Shown piece by piece: positions 58,198 through 64,000 of a DNA stretch of 64,000 nucleotides (within the stretch, counting starts at the first letter, position 1; each line of letters starts with the position of its first letter). The notes beneath the pieces were generated by a model, which searched no databases, had not been told where the DNA came from, and saw nothing but the letters and a program-made list of their open reading frames with translations. This DNA comes from a virus. Lineage: Duplodnaviria; Heunggongvirae; Uroviricota; Caudoviricetes. The position numbers and the translations under genes are program-made. Location: the IMG/VR virus record IMGVR_UViG_3300032092_002720, positions 64,001 through 128,000 of that record. The stretch is one strand, 5' to 3'.

Positions 58198-59838
58198 ATG
58201 GCCGAGTTATTTGGTTTTGAAATTAAAAGAAAGCAAGAAGAAAAAGAGCTTCCATCATTTGCTCCTAAACAGGACGATGATGGAGCTCTTGTTCTTGCCG
58301 AAGGTGGAGCTTATGGCCAGTATGTTGACATGGAAGGTGCCATTCGCACCGAGTCAGAGCTCGTCTCGAAGTACAGAGAGATGGCTCAGCATCCAGATAT
58401 CGAACTTGCTGTCGATGATATTATCAACGAAGCCGTTGTTATCGATCCCAAAAAAGAAGTAGTTACTCTGAACCTTGACGATCTGGAACAACCAGAAAAG
58501 GTGAAGAAACTCATCTTAGAAGAGTTCGATACAGTACTCGAGCTGCTCGAGTTTAATCAGCACGCCTATGAAATTTTCCGCAAGTGGTATGTCGACGGTA
58601 GAATATTCTATCACATAATGATCGACGAGAAGGCACCTCGCGAAGGCATTCAAGAACTACGCTACGTAGATCCTCGCAAGCTTCGTAAAGTAAAAACTTA
58701 CAAGAAAAGAAAAGCTGCCAAGGATTCGAACGTCATTATTCCTGCAAAGGGCGAAGAGTTCTACATCTATAATGAGAATGGTTTCGGTAAAGTACCGACA
58801 CAACCTAACTATCAAGATCCTACTACGCAAGGTATTAAGATAGCCACCGACGCTATTATTAATGTATCTTCTGGCCTTGTCAACGTAAAAGGCGACATGG
58901 TTCTTGGTTATCTACAAAAGGCTATCAAGCCACTCAACCAGTTAAAGGCGATGGAAGACTCATTGGTCATCTATCGTATCTCTCGCGCACCTGAACGTCG
59001 TATCTTCTACATCGACGTTGGTAACCTACCTAAAATGAAAGCTGAGCAATATCTTCGTGATGTCATGACTCGCTTCAAGAATAAGGTAGTATATGATGCC
59101 GGTACAGGCGAGATCAGAGATGATCGTAAGCATATGACGATGCTCGAAGATTTCTGGCTACCTCGTCGTGAAGGCGGTAAGGGTACAGAAATCACTACTC
59201 TTCCAGGTGGTCAAAATCTTGGACAGATCGACGATATCGTTTACTTCCAACGCAAGCTTTACAAAGCGCTGAACGTTCCGATCTCTCGTTTGGATCCTGA
59301 ACAAGCATTCAACTTCGGTAGAGCCACAGAAGTTACTCGCGACGAAGTTAAGTTTTCTAAATTCATTACACGTCTTCGTGCTCGATTCTCTGATGTTTTC
59401 AGCAAGATCCTCGAGAAGCAACTCATCTTAAAGGGTATTATCACCTCTGAAGATTGGTTAGAATTTAAATCTAATTTCAAGTATGAGTTCACAGAAGATA
59501 ACCATTTCGCCGAGCTGAAGAACACTGAGATCCTTCGCGATCGTATCTCCATGCTTCGTGACGTTGACGACTATGCAGGCAAGTACTACTCGCATGAATG
59601 GATTCGTCGTAACGTTCTTTATCAGACAGAAGAAGATATGAAAGAGATCGACGAGCAGATTGCTGAAGAACTTGACAATCCTCAATATGCTCCGCCAGAA
59701 ATGGGTCCAGATGGGCAACCACTTCCTCCTGGAGATGTAGGCACACCTCCTATTGAGGATGACGCTGCTCCTGCTCCTGTTAAACCTAAACCTAAAGCTA
59801 CTCCTATTCCAAACGTACCAGATTTGGTAGGAAAATAA
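58198..59838 (+). CDS. gp20: Portal protein gp20
   Basis: LFGF.I, F..WYVDGR, YRI.RAPERR.FYIDVGNLP..KAEQYL and EDFWLPRREGG.GTEI.TLPGGQ. Confidence 0.97.
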   Translation: MAELFGFEIKRKQEEKELPSFAPKQDDDGALVLAEGGAYGQYVDMEGAIRTESELVSKYREMAQHPDIELAVDDIINEAVVIDPKKEVVTLNLDDLEQPEKVKKLILEEFDTVLELLEFNQHAYEIFRKWYVDGRIFYHIMIDEKAPREGIQELRYVDPRKLRKVKTYKKRKAAKDSNVIIPAKGEEFYIYNENGFGKVPTQPNYQDPTTQGIKIATDAIINVSSGLVNVKGDMVLGYLQKAIKPLNQLKAMEDSLVIYRISRAPERRIFYIDVGNLPKMKAEQYLRDVMTRFKNKVVYDAGTGEIRDDRKHMTMLEDFWLPRREGGKGTEITTLPGGQNLGQIDDIVYFQRKLYKALNVPISRLDPEQAFNFGRATEVTRDEVKFSKFITRLRARFSDVFSKILEKQLILKGIITSEDWLEFKSNFKYEFTEDNHFAELKNTEILRDRISMLRDVDDYAGKYYSHEWIRRNVLYQTEEDMKEIDEQIAEELDNPQYAPPEMGPDGQPLPPGDVGTPPIEDDAAPAPVKPKPKATPIPNVPDLVGK

Positions 59839-59844
59839 ATACAT

Positions 59845-59852
59845 TATAAATA
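59845..59852 (+). promoter_or_regulatory. T4-type late promoter
   Basis: Exact TATAAATA 25 nt before the next ATG. Confidence 0.8.
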
Positions 59853-59877
59853 ATAAAAAGACTTTTGGAGATTTTAT

Positions 59878-60189
59878 ATGGATATTGACGAACTAATTGG
59901 AGCAGCTGTCGAACAGCAGCCAACTCGCTTTGCTACGGCATTTGATGATCTCATGGGTCAGAAGATCGCTGCGAGATTAGAAGACGAGCATACCACATAT
60001 GCTCAACAAATGTTTGCTTCTGACGAACCTGAAGATACCGATGAAGAAGAATTCGAAGATGATTTGGATTTTGACATCGACGACGAAGAGTTCGAAGACG
60101 AGTTCGAAGACGAAGAATTTGATCTAGAAGATCTCGACCTAGAAGATTTAGACACAGAGGAAGAAGACGACGATGGCGAAGACGCTTAA
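59878..60189 (+). CDS. Acidic prohead core protein (gp67-like)
   Basis: Position after the portal gene and a very Asp/Glu-rich C-terminal half. Confidence 0.65.
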   Translation: MDIDELIGAAVEQQPTRFATAFDDLMGQKIAARLEDEHTTYAQQMFASDEPEDTDEEEFEDDLDFDIDDEEFEDEFEDEEFDLEDLDLEDLDTEEEDDDGEDA

Positions 60190-61495
60190 AGATTTCTTAA
60201 ATGAAAGACAGCTTGGGCCGATGGTCGTCAAGAATCCTGACGAGCAGAAGTTCATTGACAAGCACGTAGTTGCAAAAACTGACGATCGCAACGGCAATGA
60301 CGATGAACTCTTTAAGGGTTCGAAGGTCAAGATGGCCGATCGTCCAAAGCACCGTAAGGGATACAATCCTGGTGAAGACGAAGAAGTATATGAAGAGCTG
60401 AAGGGCAATCAGCACAAGATCGATGCCAACAAGAATGGCAAGGTCGATGCGCATGACTTCCACCTCCTTCGTAAGAAGAAAAAAGTTGCAGAAGATCTTG
60501 ATGAATCTGCTGAAGACAAACATTTTGAAAAACAGTCACCAAAAATGCAGAATGCAATTAATTTACATCTGCGTAAAGGACTTGACTATACATCAGCTGT
60601 TAAGGCTGCATCAAAGCATGTCAAGGAAGAAGTTGAAGAGCTAGAAGAGCTTTCAACACCTACTCTAAGAAATTACAGAGCAAAAGCGAAAGATGATGCA
60701 TATGACGCAGCTGATGTTGATGACGATCGTCGTCTTCGTAAGCGTTCAATGGGTTCGTGGAATGCAGGAATGAAGATTCTTAAGCGTGGTGATGCTTTAA
60801 GAAAAGAAGAAGCTGAGCAGATCGACGAACTCGATCACAAGCTTGGTGGCACACTGTCACGTTATATCAACAAGACAAAAGATAATCCAAAGCGCGAAGA
60901 AGGTCGTAATCTTGCTTTGAAGAAGCGTTGGGGTGATGCCAAGTATGGCACACCTGAGCCTAAAGTAAAAGCAGCAGTTCGCGAAGAAGCTGAGCAGATC
61001 GACGAGATCTCAGCCGAAAAGAAAGACGCATATGCACAAAAAGCTGGCAAGCAACTTCCAGGTTTGTTTGCAAAAAGCAACAGCGCTGATGGAGCTCGCA
61101 AATACTACAATCGTAAGAACGCTGTTCGTAAGATTGCCAATGAAGAAGCTGAGCAAGTCGATGAAAAGCTGAACATGGACAAAGCTTCAATGGGAACCGT
61201 AATCAAGGATTTCCAAAAGTCTGATGCTCCTCAGTTCCAAGGTAAGTCACAGAAGAAGCGCCAAGTGATGGCTATCGCCGCTAAGCTCTCAGCAGAGCGC
61301 GGGGGAAAACCACTCAACAAAGAAGAGCGTCTGCTTGCCAAGCTTGCTGACATTTCTGAAACACATAAGAGAACGATGGTATCGGTCTTTGAGAAACTTA
61401 ACGAAGATAACCAACGTGAGTTCATGCTAGCATGCGATACAGCAGAAGGCATCGAGCAAATGTTGGACTTCTCTATTCAAAACAGAGGTGAATAA
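60173..61495 (+). CDS. Modular charged protein, putative prohead core/internal protein
   Basis: Lies between gp67-like and gp21. Basic modules are separated by EE.EQ.DE linkers, and there is a D.N.NG.VD..DF loop. Confidence 0.6.
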   Translation: MAKTLKDFLNERQLGPMVVKNPDEQKFIDKHVVAKTDDRNGNDDELFKGSKVKMADRPKHRKGYNPGEDEEVYEELKGNQHKIDANKNGKVDAHDFHLLRKKKKVAEDLDESAEDKHFEKQSPKMQNAINLHLRKGLDYTSAVKAASKHVKEEVEELEELSTPTLRNYRAKAKDDAYDAADVDDDRRLRKRSMGSWNAGMKILKRGDALRKEEAEQIDELDHKLGGTLSRYINKTKDNPKREEGRNLALKKRWGDAKYGTPEPKVKAAVREEAEQIDEISAEKKDAYAQKAGKQLPGLFAKSNSADGARKYYNRKNAVRKIANEEAEQVDEKLNMDKASMGTVIKDFQKSDAPQFQGKSQKKRQVMAIAAKLSAERGGKPLNKEERLLAKLADISETHKRTMVSVFEKLNEDNQREFMLACDTAEGIEQMLDFSIQNRGE

Positions 61496-61893
61496 TGGCT
61501 GTTACTATTACATCAAATAAGAAAAATACATCTGCCGTTATTCACGTTTCGGTTGCTAACACTACGATTAAGGTATCGGGCAATAGCACGACTACAAACG
61601 TAGATGCAACTTCTACGTGTCTTGCACTCGGCGATGAGGTACTCAGCGGAGCTTATATTGCTCAGGCATTCTGGGGTCTTGATCCGAATGGCACTGCTAT
61701 CATTAAGCGTGGAACTGTTCCAGTTGCTGTATTTGCGGCCGCTGGATATGTCGACTATGCTGGTGCAGGTATGGCTCTCACAGTAGGTCAAACAGCTAAT
61801 CTTACAGTAGAATTCGTAGGCACTGCAAATGGATACGTTCTGCTAGAAGTTCAAAAAGCTGGAGTACTTCCTTCAGAATACGCTGGTTCATAA
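61495..61893 (+). CDS. Hypothetical protein
   Basis: 132 aa, TAATG-coupled, beta-rich composition. Confidence 0.7.
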   Translation: MAVTITSNKKNTSAVIHVSVANTTIKVSGNSTTTNVDATSTCLALGDEVLSGAYIAQAFWGLDPNGTAIIKRGTVPVAVFAAAGYVDYAGAGMALTVGQTANLTVEFVGTANGYVLLEVQKAGVLPSEYAGS

Positions 61894-61903
61894 GGTAAAA
61901 AAC

Positions 61904-62581
61904 ATGAAGCTAATCACAGAAGTTGTAGAAGATCTGAGATGTATTACAGAAGCTCGTGAAGACGGGAAGAAGAACGTATACATTGAAGGTATCTTCTTAC
62001 AAGGAGGCATTAAGAACCGTAACGGTCGTATGTATCCTGTAGAAACCCTTGAAAAAGAAGTTAATCGTTACGACGAAACTTACATTCAGAAAGGCAGAGC
62101 TCTTGGCGAGTTAGGTCATCCTGACGGTCCGTCCATTAACCTCGATCGTGTATCTCACATGATCACTTCTTTGAAGAAAGAGGGATCCAACTTTGTAGGT
62201 CGTGCTAAGTTGATGGATACTCCAATGGGTAACATCGCCAAAGGTCTCATCGGAGAAGGCGTAAAGCTTGGCGTATCGTCCAGAGGTATGGGTTCGTTGA
62301 AGCTAAATAGAGAAGGTATCAACGAAGTTCAAGACGATTTCTATTTGGCCACAGCTGCAGATATCGTAGCCGATCCATCTGCTCCAGATGCATTTGTTAA
62401 CGGGATTATGGAAGGTGTAGAATGGATTTGGCAAGACGACCTGCTAGTTGCAAAGAAAAATGCGGCTGCAGTACTCGAGCAAACTGTACAGACCATTGAA
62501 AAAGCATCTTCTTCAAGACAGCTTCAAGCTAAACAGTTTGAAATTTTTGAGAACTTCCTCAATAAAATTTCTAAAATCTAA
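61904..62581 (+). CDS. gp21: Prohead protease gp21
   Basis: IEGIFLQ...KNRNGR.YP, ALGELGHP, LGVSSRGMGSL and D.VADPSAPDAFV.GIME. Confidence 0.97.
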   Translation: MKLITEVVEDLRCITEAREDGKKNVYIEGIFLQGGIKNRNGRMYPVETLEKEVNRYDETYIQKGRALGELGHPDGPSINLDRVSHMITSLKKEGSNFVGRAKLMDTPMGNIAKGLIGEGVKLGVSSRGMGSLKLNREGINEVQDDFYLATAADIVADPSAPDAFVNGIMEGVEWIWQDDLLVAKKNAAAVLEQTVQTIEKASSSRQLQAKQFEIFENFLNKISKI

Positions 62582-62618
62582 CTTAGAATAAATAAATAAA
62601 ATTTACAAGGAGTCAAAA

Positions 62619-63617
62619 ATGTCAAATAAAGATACGAATGAAATCGTTCAAGACGAATTTCATGAAGATGGTCTCGAAGAGTCTGCTGGTTCGGAAACAC
62701 TAAAGCCAAACCCAACACGTGCAGAGATGCTGGCTACTTTCAGCCAACTTCTTTCGCAGTTGAAGGGCGAAGATCTTTCGCACTTCTTCAATGACTCTAT
62801 CCAGAAGTATAGCGCAGACGGCGTTCCTTCAGCGACTGCACCAGGTGGTGCACCAGCTATTGGTAAGATGCCAATGCCTACGCTGAACGCAGTAAAGGAA
62901 GATATCGCAGAAGTATTCTCTGGCGAAGATCTTACTGAAGAAGCAAAAGAAAAGTTTTCAACAATCTTCGAAGCAGCTGTATCAGCTCGCGTTTCGCTCG
63001 AAGAAGCTCGTCTCGAAGAAGAGTTCGCAGCGAAGCTCGACGAAGCAGTAGAAGAAGTGAAAGAAGAGATCACTACAAAAGTCGACCAGTATCTCGACTA
63101 TGTAGTAGAATCGTGGATGGAAGATAACAAGCTTGCTATCGAATCCACAGTCCGCGCCGATATTGCAGAGAACTTCATGGAAGGCCTCTACAATCTGTTT
63201 GCTGAATCTTACATCACAGTGCCAGAAGAAAAGCTTGATGTAGTTGGTGAACTGAAGGCACAACTCGAAGAGCTAGAAGCCAAGCTCGACGAGTCTGTAA
63301 ACAAGCAACTAGAACTGCAGTCAGTAATCGACGAAGCTACAATGGAAGCAACGTTCGACGAAGTGACTGAAGGTCTTGCTGCTACACAAGTAGAAAAGCT
63401 TCGCACACTTGCAGAAGGTATTGAATTCACAGATAGCGAGTCTTATGCAAAGAAACTCGACATTCTGAAGGGCAAGTACTTCTCTGAAAAGAAAGAAGTT
63501 AACACCGGTGTTATTTCGGAAGAAGCAACAGAAGGTCTTAACGAAGAAGCTAAGCCTGTAGCAGTCGGCGAAATGGCAAACTATGTCAGCGCGATTTCGA
63601 GAACCAAAAAGTTTTAA
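62619..63617 (+). CDS. gp22: Prohead core scaffold gp22
   Basis: K...IFEAAV, ..VD.YLDYVVE.WM..N..AI and M..Y..AI end, between gp21 and gp23. Confidence 0.92.
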   Translation: MSNKDTNEIVQDEFHEDGLEESAGSETLKPNPTRAEMLATFSQLLSQLKGEDLSHFFNDSIQKYSADGVPSATAPGGAPAIGKMPMPTLNAVKEDIAEVFSGEDLTEEAKEKFSTIFEAAVSARVSLEEARLEEEFAAKLDEAVEEVKEEITTKVDQYLDYVVESWMEDNKLAIESTVRADIAENFMEGLYNLFAESYITVPEEKLDVVGELKAQLEELEAKLDESVNKQLELQSVIDEATMEATFDEVTEGLAATQVEKLRTLAEGIEFTDSESYAKKLDILKGKYFSEKKEVNTGVISEEATEGLNEEAKPVAVGEMANYVSAISRTKKF

Positions 63618-63661
63618 TTTGATAAATAATAAACAAATCCTAAGGATAAAGGGAGAATAAA

Positions 63662-64000
63662 ATGTTAGCTGAGGAACTAAATACCAAGTGGAAGCCAGTG
63701 CTCGAGCACTCGGATCTTCCAGAAATTACAGATGCTCACAAGCGCCTTGTCACAGCGACAGTGCTTGAGAACACAGAGCGTGCGCTTCGCGAGGCTGCTG
63801 GCCAAGGTAGCTCACAGCAAATGCTTGGCGAAGGTGACGGTCACGTCAACTCCGTAGGCAGCGGCCAGGTTGCAAACTTCGATCCAGTACTGATTTCACT
63901 CGTACGTCGTTCGATGCCAAACCTTATCGCTTATGACGTTTGCGGCGTTCAGCCAATGAACGGTCCAACAGGTCTTATCTTCGCAATGCGTTCACAATAC
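63662..64000 (+). CDS. gp23: Major capsid protein gp23, partial (runs off window end)
   Basis: Not in the ORF track. My translation gives MLAEEL..KW.PVLEH...FDPVLISLVRRSMPNLIAYDVCGVQPMNGPTGLIFAMRSQY. Confidence 0.97.
   Translation, partial: MLAEELNTKWKPVLEHSDLPEITDAHKRLVTATVLENTERALREAAGQGSSQQMLGEGDGHVNSVGSGQVANFDPVLISLVRRSMPNLIAYDVCGVQPMNGPTGLIFAMRSQY

Noticed and set aside
52526-59838. Introns, inteins or homing endonucleases in gp17, gp18 or gp20
   Set aside because: The ORFs are continuous. The extra length of gp18 is explained by the beta-module, and no LAGLIDADG, HNH, GIY-YIG or intein motifs were seen.
1-64000. tRNA, rRNA or structured ncRNA genes
   Set aside because: Intergenic gaps are nearly all under 60 nt and no cloverleaf or rRNA-like sequence was noticed. 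A tRNAscan or Infernal run would be needed to exclude them formally.

Overview
This window is the virion-morphogenesis region of a large T4-like myophage, about 55 densely packed genes. The order is gp51/gp26, gp54, gp2, gp4 (minus strand), then gp48, gp53, hub, gp5, gp25, gp6, gp7, gp8, VrlC-like proteins and a block of fibre genes. After an inserted accessory block come gp13-gp17, a Coq4-like gene, gp18-gp22 and the 5' part of gp23. T4-type late promoters (TATAAATA) punctuate the region. The standout is 40283-49756. There a 682-aa Asn/Gly/Pro repeat protein has two 27-unit arms that mirror each other unit for unit around a central turn. It is directly followed by a compact cluster of apparent modifying enzymes: three 2OG-Fe(II) oxygenases, a Skp1-Gnt1-like hydroxyproline GlcNAc transferase, a second glycosyltransferase, two sulfotransferase-like proteins and a desaturase. 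Other notable items are a candidate -1 frameshift fusing gp26 to gp51, nested domain insertions in gp7 and a putative protease-processed internal head polyprotein. All family calls come from motif recognition by eye; no database search was run and the host cannot be determined.
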